Of a DNA stretch of 64,000 bases, positions 41,504-52,586 are shown one piece after another (within the stretch, counting starts at the first letter, position 1; every line of letters starts with the position of its first letter). Location: assembly GCA_963729715.1 (NCBI GenBank), contig CAVSPA010000003.1, forward strand, positions 288,001 through 352,000. Reading direction: 5' to 3'. Position numbers and translations under genes: made by a program. The notes under the pieces are model-generated. The model had not been told where the DNA came from. It ran no database searches and saw only the letters and a program-made list of their open reading frames with translations. This stretch comes from an uncultured delta proteobacterium. Its GTDB lineage: Bacteria > Desulfobacterota > Syntrophia > Syntrophales > UBA2185.

Positions 41504-42580
41504 ATGGAGATTAAGATTGTTCGAGCTAAACCGAAGCAAATGAAGGCGAAGCCCGGGGACGAATCAAAGCTCGGGTTCGGGAAAATATTCACGGATCACT
41601 TCTTCACAATGAAATACCATGCGGATCGTGGCTGGTATGATGCGATGATAGAGCCCTATCGGCCTTTGTCCCTTGATCCCACGGCCATGTGCCTTCACTA
41701 CGGACAGGAAATTTTTGAGGGGCTGAAGGCGTACCGGGGAAAGAACAACGGCCTCTTTCTTTTCAGACCGGACCGGAATATAAATCGGATGAATAACTCC
41801 GCGGATAGACTGTGTATGCCGCAGGTCGATCCCGATCTGTTTCTGGAGGCCATAAAAAAACTTGTTCTCTTCGACAAGGACTGGGTGCCGAGATCCCACG
41901 GAGCGTCCCTTTATATCAGGCCGACGATGATTGCTACTGAGGCGGCCCTAGGCGTGCACAGCTCCAATGCATACCTGTTTTTCATTGTCATTGGTCCAGT
42001 TGGTCCATACTACGCCGAGGGATTCAGTCCGACAAGCCTCTATGTGGATACGGAGTTTGTCCGTGCTGTGCGGGGGGGCATAGGGTTCATTAAGGCTGGG
42101 GGCAATTATGCCGCCAGTCTCCTGGCAAGTAAATTGGCCGCTGAAAAGGGATTCACGCAGGTGCTCTGGTTAGATGCCATCGAGAGAAAGTATATCGAAG
42201 AGGTGGGGACGAGCAACATCTTTTTTCTCATCGGCGATGAGTTGATTACACCTCCCCTCACGGGAAGCATCCTGCCCGGTGTGACCCGTGATTCGGTGAT
42301 ACAGATGGCCAGGAGGTGGAATATTGCTGTTTCCGAAAAACCGATATCAATAGATGAGCTCATGGATGCTTCCGCCAAGGGCACACTGAAAGAGGCCTTT
42401 GCCTCCGGGACGGCGGCTATCGTCTCACCCATAGGGGAGATATTTTACAAGGGGAAGCCGACATCGATAGGCGGCGGGAAAATAGGGGCGCTAACCGAAA
42501 AATTATACAATGAAATTCTCCAGATACAATACGGCGAAAAAGATGATCCCTTTGGCTGGAGGGTGTCTATCTCGGACTGA
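41504..42580 (+). CDS. ilvE: Branched-chain amino acid aminotransferase
   Basis: LGFGKIFTDH, LHYGQEIFEGLK, KAGGNYA, EEVGTSN, ILPGVTR. Confidence 0.96.
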   Translation: MEIKIVRAKPKQMKAKPGDESKLGFGKIFTDHFFTMKYHADRGWYDAMIEPYRPLSLDPTAMCLHYGQEIFEGLKAYRGKNNGLFLFRPDRNINRMNNSADRLCMPQVDPDLFLEAIKKLVLFDKDWVPRSHGASLYIRPTMIATEAALGVHSSNAYLFFIVIGPVGPYYAEGFSPTSLYVDTEFVRAVRGGIGFIKAGGNYAASLLASKLAAEKGFTQVLWLDAIERKYIEEVGTSNIFFLIGDELITPPLTGSILPGVTRDSVIQMARRWNIAVSEKPISIDELMDASAKGTLKEAFASGTAAIVSPIGEIFYKGKPTSIGGGKIGALTEKLYNEILQIQYGEKDDPFGWRVSISD

Positions 42581-42628
42581 GATATGTATTTTGAAAGATA
42601 TTCCCCTTGAAACAAGCACTTGTGATTC

Positions 42629-42674
42629 AAATCCACAGGAGTGTGGATGAGGTTGTTGATAAACTTGTTGATAA
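42629..42674. promoter_or_regulatory. Cluster of DnaA-box-like 9-mers
   Basis: TGTGGATGA 42642, TGTTGATAA 42654, TGTTGATAA 42666 (12-bp period) plus opposed AAATCCACA 42629. Confidence 0.55.
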
Positions 42675-42861
42675 TATACGTAAGTCCTCAATTGTGACAA
42701 TTTTATACCTCATTGCATGCTATTGAGGCATTAAATAAGCTAAGCAATTACAATATGATAGATAAGTGGTCTTTAGTTCCTGCTACTTAATGCTCGCTTC
42801 TTGTGTGATATGAACTTTTGAAAAAAATATGCCATTCTTGTTCTTATTTGGTGGAAAAAAA

Positions 42862-43554
42862 ATGAAAAGAAAATGCAAAAGAAGTAATCGTTACTTATTA
42901 AAGATAGCAATAATCTTGAATTTACTTCTATTTTTTGGTTCCGGAGTATCATTTGCGGATACCAAATCTCTCGACAAGTTGATTGCCAAAACGCAGGAGA
43001 GATATGAAAAAACTGGGGATCTCAAAGCGCAATTCATACAGGAAGTGACGATCAAGGCCATGAATAAGACAGAAAGGGAGGAAGGGGTTGTTTACGTAAA
43101 AAATCCGAGGAGAATGTTATGGGTCTATTCGAAACCAAAGGCAAAGAAATTAATCATCAACCCCAAGAAAGCCTGGTTATATATTCCGGAGGACCATGCG
43201 GCCTACGTGCAGGATACGGAAAATATCTATAAGTCGAAGCTGGCCGTAAAATTTCTTTCAGGCATAGGCAAACTGAGCGAGGATTTTCACGTAGGCTTTT
43301 CCAAGCCTGATAATTTGGATAGGAATGGCAACTATCTCCTTACGCTTGTTCCTAAGGTTTCGGACACAGGTGTCGATAAGTTGTATGTCACTATTGATAA
43401 GGAAAACTTTCAAATCATACAATGCAGTTTTACAGACCTGTATGGAAATCTTACCCGTATCAGGCTCTCAGATATAAGAATCAACAACAATCTTGACGAT
43501 AAGCTTTTCAGCTTCAAGCCGCCGTCAGGCGTAGATGTATTCAATATGCCATGA
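42862..43554 (+). CDS. lolA: Outer-membrane lipoprotein carrier protein LolA family
   Basis: Signal peptide, AQFIQE, KNPRRMLWVY, LFSFKPPSGVDV; start 42829 or 42862. Confidence 0.85.
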   Translation: MKRKCKRSNRYLLKIAIILNLLLFFGSGVSFADTKSLDKLIAKTQERYEKTGDLKAQFIQEVTIKAMNKTEREEGVVYVKNPRRMLWVYSKPKAKKLIINPKKAWLYIPEDHAAYVQDTENIYKSKLAVKFLSGIGKLSEDFHVGFSKPDNLDRNGNYLLTLVPKVSDTGVDKLYVTIDKENFQIIQCSFTDLYGNLTRIRLSDIRINNNLDDKLFSFKPPSGVDVFNMP

Positions 43555-43652
43555 TTGATGGCCGCGCCGCCTTTTCTCCAGCCAACTTCTGGTTTTTTTT
43601 GCAGGTAAGTGTAATTCTTTCTGTAAGAGTATGTTTGCATGAATATTGAAGG

Positions 43653-45653
43653 TTGACACAGATGAAACAATTTGCCCTTGACGATCATTCTTGCTCGAAT
43701 CTTGAAAAGGCGCTGACCTTGGAGTGGCTTGATACCAACGGTTTGGGGGGGTATGCCTCGAGTACGATCCTTTCTTGCAATACGAGAAAGTATCATGGCC
43801 TTTTGGTGGCAAATCTCAGGATGCCAAAAGGTAGGCATGTCCTTCTTTCGTGGATCGAGGACGCGGTCATTTCACGCAAAAAGGAATTATTCCTTTCCTG
43901 CTGTCAATATCCCGGCTTCTTTTTCCCCCACGAGAAACATTTCCTCACGGAATTCAGCCTCGATGATTCACCCCGGTTTACCTATGAGGCGGATGGGATA
44001 TGCATCCATAAGGCAATCATGATGATCCACAACGAGGATCGCGTACTCATCCGTTATGATATCGAAGATTGTCAGTCTCCGGGCCTCTTGCGCCTGAGGC
44101 CATTCGTTGCGTTTCGGGGTTACCATGCCTTGACCAAAGAGAACATGTTCCTGCAAACGGAAACAGAGAAGACGGAAAGGGGATTCAGGCTGCACCCTTA
44201 TGACGGTATGCCTCCCCTGGTTATGCAAACGAATGCAGAAGCGAAATTTTTTCCTTCTCCTTTATGGCACAATAATTTTGAATACAAGAGAGAGGAAGAG
44301 AGGGGCTTCGACTGGCATGAGGACCTCTTCTGTCCAGGCGCTCTAGAGATTCGCATTGAAAAAGGAAGTGCAGTCATCATCTCCGCATCAACGGATGCCT
44401 GCCGGGAAAAGCTCGAAGACATATGGATGAAGGAAACGGCGAGACGCGCCAAGGAGGCGTCAAGAGACGAGAAGATTGCGGACAAGTTCGAAAATGAGGA
44501 TAGGGTTCACGTCCGAAACCTGATTGCTTCGGGCCGGCAATTTCTCATCAGCTCTCCCACAGGCAGACCGGCGATCATCGCCGGATATCACTGGTTCGGC
44601 GACTGGGGGCGGGACACGCTCATCTCACTTCCCGGTCTGACATTTTTAAGCGGCCGTTCCGAGGAGGGGGTGGCCATACTCAACTCGATGGGTGCATACG
44701 AGAAAAATGGCCTGCTTCCCAATTATTTCTCCGATGACGAGACGGAAAATGCCTACAATACTGTTGATACTTCACTCTGGTATTTCTGGGCCGTTCAGCA
44801 GATGCTGAAGTGCACAGGCGACATAGGGTTTATTAAGAACCGGCTGTGGCCGGTCATGAAGAGGATTCTGAAAGGGTATATGGATGGCACTGCATTCAAT
44901 ATCCATATGGGAGAAAACGGTTTGCTCCACGCAGGCGATAAAGACACGCATATCACATGGATGGATGCAACCGTGAGAGGCACGCCTGTTACCGCGCGAT
45001 GGGGATATCCCGTGGAGATCAATGCCCTCTGGTACAACGCCATCTGCGTTGCCGAGGACCTCGGGAAACTTTTTGATGACCGTAAGCATTCTTTCCGGGA
45101 CCTGATCCCGATGATAAGGAAATCATTTGTCGATACCTTCTGGATCGAGAAAGAAGCCTATCTCGGTGACGTCTTCCGCGACGGTATCCTGGACTGTGCC
45201 GTCAGACCGAATCAGATTCTGGCCGTCTCGCTTCCCTATTCACCGTTGGACGCCGATAAATGGCAGGGTGTCGTTGATAAGGTCAAGAAGCATCTTCTTA
45301 CCCCGGTTGGCCTGAGAACCCTCTCACCGGAAGATAGAGACTATAAGGGGAGATACGAAGGCGACAGCTTCACGAGGGATGCGGCCTATCATCAAGGCAC
45401 TGCATGGCCCTGGCTGATAGGACAATTCGGCGAGGCATATATGAAGGCCGCAGAAGACAAAACAGCAGCGAAGACATTCCTCCTTGATTATATGCGAACA
45501 TTTATCCGCGGGCATATGCCGGAGGCCGGCATCGGCTGCATATCTGAAATCTTCGACGGCGATGTCCCGCATCGCCCGAATGGTTGCATTTCGCAGGCCT
45601 GGAGCGTGGCCGGATTTATCAGTTTGTATACGCTGCTAAAACGATACTCCTGA
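43653..45653 (+). CDS. Glycogen debranching enzyme (amylo-alpha-1,6-glucosidase)
   Basis: EWLDTNGLGGYASS, IIAGYHWFGDWGRDT, TWMDA, YHQGTAWPW, SEIFDG. Confidence 0.93.
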   Translation: MTQMKQFALDDHSCSNLEKALTLEWLDTNGLGGYASSTILSCNTRKYHGLLVANLRMPKGRHVLLSWIEDAVISRKKELFLSCCQYPGFFFPHEKHFLTEFSLDDSPRFTYEADGICIHKAIMMIHNEDRVLIRYDIEDCQSPGLLRLRPFVAFRGYHALTKENMFLQTETEKTERGFRLHPYDGMPPLVMQTNAEAKFFPSPLWHNNFEYKREEERGFDWHEDLFCPGALEIRIEKGSAVIISASTDACREKLEDIWMKETARRAKEASRDEKIADKFENEDRVHVRNLIASGRQFLISSPTGRPAIIAGYHWFGDWGRDTLISLPGLTFLSGRSEEGVAILNSMGAYEKNGLLPNYFSDDETENAYNTVDTSLWYFWAVQQMLKCTGDIGFIKNRLWPVMKRILKGYMDGTAFNIHMGENGLLHAGDKDTHITWMDATVRGTPVTARWGYPVEINALWYNAICVAEDLGKLFDDRKHSFRDLIPMIRKSFVDTFWIEKEAYLGDVFRDGILDCAVRPNQILAVSLPYSPLDADKWQGVVDKVKKHLLTPVGLRTLSPEDRDYKGRYEGDSFTRDAAYHQGTAWPWLIGQFGEAYMKAAEDKTAAKTFLLDYMRTFIRGHMPEAGIGCISEIFDGDVPHRPNGCISQAWSVAGFISLYTLLKRYS

Positions 45654-45810
45654 TACTTAGCATGCCGTAAAGGCGTTCGCTGGTAAATCAATGAAAGGAT
45701 TTTCTGGTTTACTTTGACCCGGCCTTATGACATTATAAAAATATATTCCAGCGGTATCGTGCAAGAGTCACCCCTGTAATAACATTCCGGTACAGACACA
45801 TAATTGTTTT

Positions 45811-47121
45811 ATGGCAAGGAGGCGGAGAGCCTTGAGAATCCTTATGTTCGGGTGGGAATTCCCGCCCCGTGTAAGCGGCGGTCTCGGAACAGCCTGTTTC
45901 GGTATCACAAAGGCTCTCGTCGCGTTGGGTCACAAGATATCCTTTGTCATTCCCAAATGGCATGGTGAAGCGTTGCCGTCACACGTGGAATTGATTTCGG
46001 CGCCGGCAATTCCCGTGAGGGCGGAGGATGTTGGTGCGCTGGATATCTTTGCCGGACTCCGCGTGAGGTTGATTAATTCTGCTCTTAGACCTTATCTGAA
46101 CGACGGCCAATATGAAAAGCAGTGGCGACAATCAGACCTGCCGTTAAACGAAAAGGACTGGATGGATAAGGAAGGCTCCCGCGTCTTCGGAGCATCAGGG
46201 CCATATGGTCCGAATCTGATTGCCGAAGTTATGAGGTATGCAAGGGCGGCCGGTGTCATTGCCGGAGATCAGCCGTTTGATGTCATTCACGCCCATGACT
46301 GGATGACCGTCTTTGCCGGTCTCTATGCCAAGAAGGCGAGCGGGAAGCCCCTTGTGCTTCACATTCATTCTCTGGAATTTGACAGGAGCGGCGAAAACGT
46401 GAATCAGGATATCTTTTGTCTCGAGCGCTCGGGCATGGTGTTGTGCGATCATATTATTGCTGTCAGCAATTATACGAAAAATTTGATTATCAAGCGCTAT
46501 GGTATTGACCCTGACAAGATATCGGTGGTTCATAACGCCGTTTCGCGCCGCGAAGCACCGCGGGTCTACCATTGGGAAAAGAATCCCGACAAAAAGGTTG
46601 TGCTTTTTCTCGGCAGGATTACCCTTCAAAAAGGTCCTGACTACTTTGTCGAGGCAGCGGCAAGAGTCTTGAAAGAATTTCCGGAGGTCACGTTCGTCAT
46701 GGCGGGCGCAGGAGATATGATGCCCCGCATGATTGAGAGGGTCGCCGAACTCCACATAGGGAAGAATTTTCACTTTACCGGTTTCCTTCAGGGAACGGAA
46801 GTCGAGCGTATATTTTCCATGAGCGACATGTATGTCATGCCCAGCGTGTCGGAACCTTTTGGCATATCTTCTCTTGAGGCGATGGTTTACGATGTGCCTG
46901 TCATAATCTCCAGACAGTCAGGTGCAGCGGAGATCCTGGACCATGTCTTAAAAGTGGACTTCTGGGATGTGGATGAAATTGCCAATAAGATAATCGCTAT
47001 TCTAAGATACCCGAGCCTGGCAGAAGAGATTGTCAAAAGGTCGCGTGGACAGCTGCGAAGCGTTCACTGGGGAAAGGCTGCTGAAAAGATCGCCGATGTC
47101 TACAGGCTCGTGACACATTGA
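45811..47121 (+). CDS. GT4 glycosyltransferase
   Basis: GWEFPP..SGGLG, HAHDW, QKG, SEPFG. Confidence 0.92.
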   Translation: MARRRRALRILMFGWEFPPRVSGGLGTACFGITKALVALGHKISFVIPKWHGEALPSHVELISAPAIPVRAEDVGALDIFAGLRVRLINSALRPYLNDGQYEKQWRQSDLPLNEKDWMDKEGSRVFGASGPYGPNLIAEVMRYARAAGVIAGDQPFDVIHAHDWMTVFAGLYAKKASGKPLVLHIHSLEFDRSGENVNQDIFCLERSGMVLCDHIIAVSNYTKNLIIKRYGIDPDKISVVHNAVSRREAPRVYHWEKNPDKKVVLFLGRITLQKGPDYFVEAAARVLKEFPEVTFVMAGAGDMMPRMIERVAELHIGKNFHFTGFLQGTEVERIFSMSDMYVMPSVSEPFGISSLEAMVYDVPVIISRQSGAAEILDHVLKVDFWDVDEIANKIIAILRYPSLAEEIVKRSRGQLRSVHWGKAAEKIADVYRLVTH

Positions 47122-47133
47122 AAAGGTGGGAAA

Positions 47134-48333
47134 ATGCCAAGTATCTGTCTTCTCTTTCACGTGAATAAGCCTCGCTGGCTGAAGCACTATACCTTCTTTG
47201 ATATTGACCATGACCACATCTACGAGGATTCGGAAAGAAACCTCGAGAACCTCAACATATCGGCTGAAAAATGTTATCTTCCTGCCAACCGCATCATGCT
47301 TGATCTGATCAAGAGCTATAAGGGAGATTTCCGGGTAGCGTTTTCGATAACAGGCGTTCTCCTTGATCAATTTGAAAAACATCGTGTCGACGTTCTTGAA
47401 AGCTTCAAGCGACTTGCTGATACGGGATGCGTGGAGTTTGTCAGTGAGACTTATTACCATTCCCTCGCATATCTCTATTCCGTCCGGGAATTCAGAGAAC
47501 AGGTCATGATGCACAGGAAGAAAATAAAGGCCCTGTTCGGTCAGACTCCGAGGACACTTCGTCACACCGAGCTCATCTATAACAGCGCCCTCGCGAAATT
47601 GGCAGAAAAAATGGGATACCGCGTCATTGTGGCCGAAGGGGCGGATAAGATTCTAGGATGGCGGTCTCCCAACTATGTTTACCGACCATCAGGGTGCAAG
47701 ACCCTGAAACTGCTCTTGAGAAACTACCGCCTCTCCGATGATATTGCCTTTCATTTTTCGGACCCCAAGTGGTCTGAACATCCATTCGCGGCCGATAAAT
47801 ATGCCAACTGGATTCACAGTATGAACGATACCGGGGATGTCATAAACCTTTTCATGAATTATGAGACCTTTGGTGAACATAATCCGGATGAAACGGGGAT
47901 ACTTGACTTTCTCCGTCTCCTGCCCCGCGAAATTCTCGCGCATCGCGAGTTCAGGTTTCAGACACCATCGGAGATTGTCGGAGACTACGCTCCAGCTGAC
48001 GAGCTTAGTGTGGAGGATTATATCTCATGGGCGGATGCGGATAGGGATTTGGAGGCGCGGCTGGGAAATGCATTGCAGAAAGACGCGATCGATGCATTGT
48101 ACAGTATGGAGTCGAAAGTGAGGCGCCGGAAAGACGCGATATTTCTCCACACGTGGCGCATGCTTCAGGCATCTGATCATTTTTTCTACATGCGCACCAA
48201 AGAGCATGCCGAGGGGGACATGCATAAACATTCCAATCCCTACGGGTCGCCTTATGACGCGTATATCAACTATATGAATATCATCGACGACTTTTCCGGA
48301 TTCTTAGGCAAGAAAGAGGAGCGCAATTCATGA
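47134..48333 (+). CDS. GH57 alpha-amylase-like glycoside hydrolase
   Basis: KCYLPAN, ETYYHSL, TELIY, LSDDIAF, YETFGEH, SWAD. Confidence 0.9.
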   Translation: MPSICLLFHVNKPRWLKHYTFFDIDHDHIYEDSERNLENLNISAEKCYLPANRIMLDLIKSYKGDFRVAFSITGVLLDQFEKHRVDVLESFKRLADTGCVEFVSETYYHSLAYLYSVREFREQVMMHRKKIKALFGQTPRTLRHTELIYNSALAKLAEKMGYRVIVAEGADKILGWRSPNYVYRPSGCKTLKLLLRNYRLSDDIAFHFSDPKWSEHPFAADKYANWIHSMNDTGDVINLFMNYETFGEHNPDETGILDFLRLLPREILAHREFRFQTPSEIVGDYAPADELSVEDYISWADADRDLEARLGNALQKDAIDALYSMESKVRRRKDAIFLHTWRMLQASDHFFYMRTKEHAEGDMHKHSNPYGSPYDAYINYMNIIDDFSGFLGKKEERNS

Positions 48334-51300
48334 AGAGGCAGACTAAGGGCTATCTATTTGAGGTCAGCTGGGAGGTATGCAATAAAGTCGGAGGAATATA
48401 CACCGTTATTGCCAGCAAGATGAGGGAGGCCATTCGCAACTATGGTGAACGGTACTTTCTTCTCGGACCCGACCTCAAGACGAACCCCGATTTTGAAGAA
48501 ACAGACGAAGACTGCTGGGTCAAGATCAGGGAAAGTACGGCCATTAAAGAGATACCGTGCCGTTTTGGCAGGTGGAAGATTCCCGGCGAGCCGAAGGTCA
48601 TCCTTGTCAATTTCGGAAAGAAATATGACAAAGACCAGTTGCTCTACAGGCTCTGGGAAGATTACGGAATAGATTCCATAGCCGGCGGATGGGACTACGT
48701 GGAACCCTTGATGTTCAGTTACGCCTGCGGTGAAGTAATCGAAACGATCTACAACCTGATGGTCAGACCGCATAATAACGCGTCCGCCATCGCCCAGTTC
48801 CACGAATGGATGTGCGGTGCCGGCCTCCTCTGTGTGAAAAAAAAGGTTCCCGAAATAGGCACCATATTTACGACACACGCAACTATTCTCGGAAGAACAC
48901 TCGCAGGTTCAGGGGTGGATATATACACGGATATGGACAACATATCGCCGCTTACGGAAGCGAGCGCCCACAACATCAAAGCGAAATATTCCATGGAAGT
49001 GGCCTCCGCAAGGGAGGCGGACTGTTTTACAACAGTCAGTGAGATAACCGCTGCCGAGGCGAAGAATTTTCTGGGCAGGTACCCGGATGTTATTACACCC
49101 AACGGCCTCGATGTGGACCACATCCCCGATCTTACGGCAAACAGAGCGCCGGCATTGAAAGTGAGGGAAAAGCTCCTCGCCGCGGCTTCACGGTTCTTGA
49201 GAAAAGATTTTCCTGCGCATACGAAGATATTGATCATATCAGGACGCTACGAATTCCATAATAAAGGCATTGATATTTTTCTGAATGCGTTAGGACGTCT
49301 CGAAAAGGACATGACCAAAGATGAAGAAGTTCTGGCCTGCCTTTTCGTACTCGGAGGACACATGGATCTGATTCCCACCCTGCAGTGCGAGCCCGGAAGA
49401 GTCGAACCGGGCAACCCTCCCATTGCCACCCACAGGCTACATTATGAGGCATCCGATCCTATTTTGCAGACATGCAACAGATTGGGACTTATGAATACGT
49501 CCCAAAACAGGATTCACGTCATCTTTGACCCGGCGTACTTAAACGGTCATGACGGACTGATCGACATGACCTATTATGAAGCACTGTCGGGATGTGATCT
49601 CGGGGTCTTCCCGTCATACTATGAACCGTGGGGATACACGCCCCTCGAGAGCGTAGCTCACTGCGTACCTACGGTAACTACCGATCAGGCTGGTTTCGGT
49701 CTCTGGGTCCAGGAGAAGGCGGGTGAGAGCAGCGGGGTCATCCTCTTGAAACGTAAAGGGCAGAAGATCGATCTGATTGAAGAAGACCTGTATAACATCT
49801 TCAAGGGATTTCTATCTTGGAACGATCAGGAAATAGTAGAGAGGCGGAAGAGCGCGAGACATGTAGCCCTTCAGGCAAACTGGAGAGACTTCTTCAAGTT
49901 CTATCTCCAGGCCTATGACAGGGCCATCTCCACTGCCCATGAACGTGCGGAAAAGCTTGTCCTCATTGACGACAGGGTGGAAAGGAAATATGTATTCGCC
50001 GGCAGTGTATCTACGCAGCCACATTTTCGCGCATTTACGGCCGTGGTAAATCTTCCTCACAAGATTGAGCGGCTGCGGGAGCTCGCCTACAACCTCTGGT
50101 GGACGTGGCACCCCAACGCACGCAGCCTCTATATTTCCCTTGATCCAAAAGTATGGCAGCAAATGGGAAATAACCCGGTTCGTATGTTGGAAAATGTGTC
50201 TCCGGAGAAATTATTGGAGGCGTCGGAAAACCCCAGCTATATGACAATGTATGCGCAGATCATGCAGCAGTTCGACGAATACATGAATGACAAGACTACC
50301 GACAAAAGGGTACAGGCCTCCCAGGCAATCAAGTGGTCTTCGCCGATTGCCTATTTCTCGGCAGAATACGGCCTGCACGAATGCATCCCCATCTATTCGG
50401 GGGGATTGGGTACGCTCTCCGGCGATCATCTGAAAACCGCGAGCGATCTCAATATGCCGCTTGTGGGCATCGGTCTTCTCTATAAGAACGGCTATTTTAG
50501 GCAGGTCATTGATAAGAACGGCATTCAGATAGAGGAATATCCGGAGAATGAATTCTCTATGATGCCTGTGCAAATTGTCAGGGACGACATGGGCAATGAG
50601 GTTCAGATATCTCTCGAATTGCCCGGAAGAACGCTGTATGCGAATATCTGGGAGGTCAAGGTGGGGCGCGTATCGCTATACCTGCTCAACGCAGACGTTC
50701 CGGGGAATACCGTGCAGGACAGAAAAATAACGGAGCGTCTCTACCCGGCGGACCAGAGGATAAGGATTGAGCAGGAGATCCTTTTGGGCATGGGCGGCGT
50801 CAGGCTGATAAAGAAGCTGGGCATCCGGCCGCGTGTCTACCATCTCAACGAGGGTCATTCCGCATTTCTTATTTTCGAACGCATCACCGGTCTGATGGCG
50901 GAGGAATCCCTTTCCCTCGATGAGGCCATTGAAGTCGTTTGCGGAAGCACGGCATTCACCACCCATACGCCCGTTGAAGCAGGTATTGAGAGGTTTCCGA
51001 GGGATTTGATGGAACATTACTTTTCCAGCTTCATCAAGAAAACGGGCATGTCCTGGTCACAGTTCTGGGAACTGGGAAGGAAGGAGGGTGGAGAAGAGCG
51101 AACGTTCTTCATGGCCATTTTTGCATTGAAGATGGCCCACATGAGCAATGCCGTAAGCCACGTTCATGAGGAAGTGTCGAAACGCATGTGGCGTGATGTG
51201 TGGAAGGGTTTTAACATCTCGGATATCCCCATCAGTCACATTACGAACGGCGTCCATGTGATGTCTTATATCTCGCCGAGGATGCAGTCCCTCTTTGATA

Positions 51301-52586
51301 AATATCTCGGGGATTGGGAAAAGGACATAGGGAACCCGGAAATCTGGGAAAAGGTTCAAGACATCCCCGATTCGCTGCTGTGGGACACGAGATACGAGCT
51401 CAAGCAAAAGACCATCAACTTCTTGCGGGAATATCTCTCCAAACACTGGGTGAAATATGGTTATACGAAGACATGGCGGGAAGAATTCTTTTCTAAGATC
51501 AATCCCGCCGCCCTGATGATCGGATTCGCAAGACGCTTTGCTCCTTATAAGCGCGCGGACATGCTCCTGTCCGACTTGGACCGTCTCGACAGGATCCTGA
51601 ATCATCCGATGCGTCCCGTTCATATAATTATGGCCGGGAAGGCGCATCCCAACGACGGCATGGGAAAAAGCCTCATCAAGAAAGTTATAGACGTCTGCAG
51701 GGATGAAAGATTCAGAGGCAAGATATTTTTCATCGAAGACTATGATATCAGCATCGCTCGGCGTCTCGTTCAGGGCGTCGATGTGTGGCTGAATACTCCC
51801 CGAAGACCCTATGAGGCAAGCGGCACAAGCGGTCAGAAGGTCGTCGCAAACGGCGTGCTCAACATCAGCGTGTCCGATGGCTGGTGGTGCGAAGGCTATG
51901 ACGGAACCAATGGTTGGACCATAGGACCCGCCTGTAAAGGTTTTGTCGAAGAGAGGGCGAACGCCGACGAGGAAGACAGCCAGTCGCTTTATGCGACACT
52001 CGAGCATTCAGTTATACCCGCATTCTACAGCCGGGAAATATCCGGGCTGCCGGAAAAGTGGATCAGCATGATCAAGAGATCGCTGCAAACACTCATGCCC
52101 AAATTCAACACGGAAAGGATGCTGCTTGATTATTACAACGATATGTATCTGCCCACGGCAGAGAGGGAACACGAACTTTATACGGACACGCACAAACTGG
52201 CGCGCGAGCTGGCGGACTGGAGGCGCAAAATTCCCATGCGTTTTTCCTCGCTCAGGCTCCTGGATGCCAGCATCGAAGGGATCCACGGGGATACAGTGCT
52301 CGTCGATCAGCCGCTGATCATCAGCGCCAGGGTTGATCCGGGGAAGGTGGAGCCGGAAGAAATATTGGTTGAGCTGGTAATAGGAAGAAGGGAGGGGTAT
52401 GAATTTGCCGATTCCCCCGATTGTATTCCTTTGAGCATAGCCAAAAAGGGATCGGATGGAATCCTCACATATTCCGCGGAATACATCGTGAAAAATAATG
52501 GGCCCTATGCATACGGTATCAGGGTGCTGCCGCACCATAAGAATCTTGCCGCCAAGCACGCAACCGGCCTTATCCTCTGGGCGTGA
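48330..52586 (+). CDS. glgP: Fused GT3-type glycogen synthase + alpha-glucan phosphorylase
   Basis: N-term FEVSWEVCNKVGGIYTV, GRYEFHNKG, YYEPWGYTP; C-term YSGGLG, ARRFAPYKR, EASGTSGQK. Confidence 0.92.
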   Translation: MKRQTKGYLFEVSWEVCNKVGGIYTVIASKMREAIRNYGERYFLLGPDLKTNPDFEETDEDCWVKIRESTAIKEIPCRFGRWKIPGEPKVILVNFGKKYDKDQLLYRLWEDYGIDSIAGGWDYVEPLMFSYACGEVIETIYNLMVRPHNNASAIAQFHEWMCGAGLLCVKKKVPEIGTIFTTHATILGRTLAGSGVDIYTDMDNISPLTEASAHNIKAKYSMEVASAREADCFTTVSEITAAEAKNFLGRYPDVITPNGLDVDHIPDLTANRAPALKVREKLLAAASRFLRKDFPAHTKILIISGRYEFHNKGIDIFLNALGRLEKDMTKDEEVLACLFVLGGHMDLIPTLQCEPGRVEPGNPPIATHRLHYEASDPILQTCNRLGLMNTSQNRIHVIFDPAYLNGHDGLIDMTYYEALSGCDLGVFPSYYEPWGYTPLESVAHCVPTVTTDQAGFGLWVQEKAGESSGVILLKRKGQKIDLIEEDLYNIFKGFLSWNDQEIVERRKSARHVALQANWRDFFKFYLQAYDRAISTAHERAEKLVLIDDRVERKYVFAGSVSTQPHFRAFTAVVNLPHKIERLRELAYNLWWTWHPNARSLYISLDPKVWQQMGNNPVRMLENVSPEKLLEASENPSYMTMYAQIMQQFDEYMNDKTTDKRVQASQAIKWSSPIAYFSAEYGLHECIPIYSGGLGTLSGDHLKTASDLNMPLVGIGLLYKNGYFRQVIDKNGIQIEEYPENEFSMMPVQIVRDDMGNEVQISLELPGRTLYANIWEVKVGRVSLYLLNADVPGNTVQDRKITERLYPADQRIRIEQEILLGMGGVRLIKKLGIRPRVYHLNEGHSAFLIFERITGLMAEESLSLDEAIEVVCGSTAFTTHTPVEAGIERFPRDLMEHYFSSFIKKTGMSWSQFWELGRKEGGEERTFFMAIFALKMAHMSNAVSHVHEEVSKRMWRDVWKGFNISDIPISHITNGVHVMSYISPRMQSLFDKYLGDWEKDIGNPEIWEKVQDIPDSLLWDTRYELKQKTINFLREYLSKHWVKYGYTKTWREEFFSKINPAALMIGFARRFAPYKRADMLLSDLDRLDRILNHPMRPVHIIMAGKAHPNDGMGKSLIKKVIDVCRDERFRGKIFFIEDYDISIARRLVQGVDVWLNTPRRPYEASGTSGQKVVANGVLNISVSDGWWCEGYDGTNGWTIGPACKGFVEERANADEEDSQSLYATLEHSVIPAFYSREISGLPEKWISMIKRSLQTLMPKFNTERMLLDYYNDMYLPTAEREHELYTDTHKLARELADWRRKIPMRFSSLRLLDASIEGIHGDTVLVDQPLIISARVDPGKVEPEEILVELVIGRREGYEFADSPDCIPLSIAKKGSDGILTYSAEYIVKNNGPYAYGIRVLPHHKNLAAKHATGLILWA

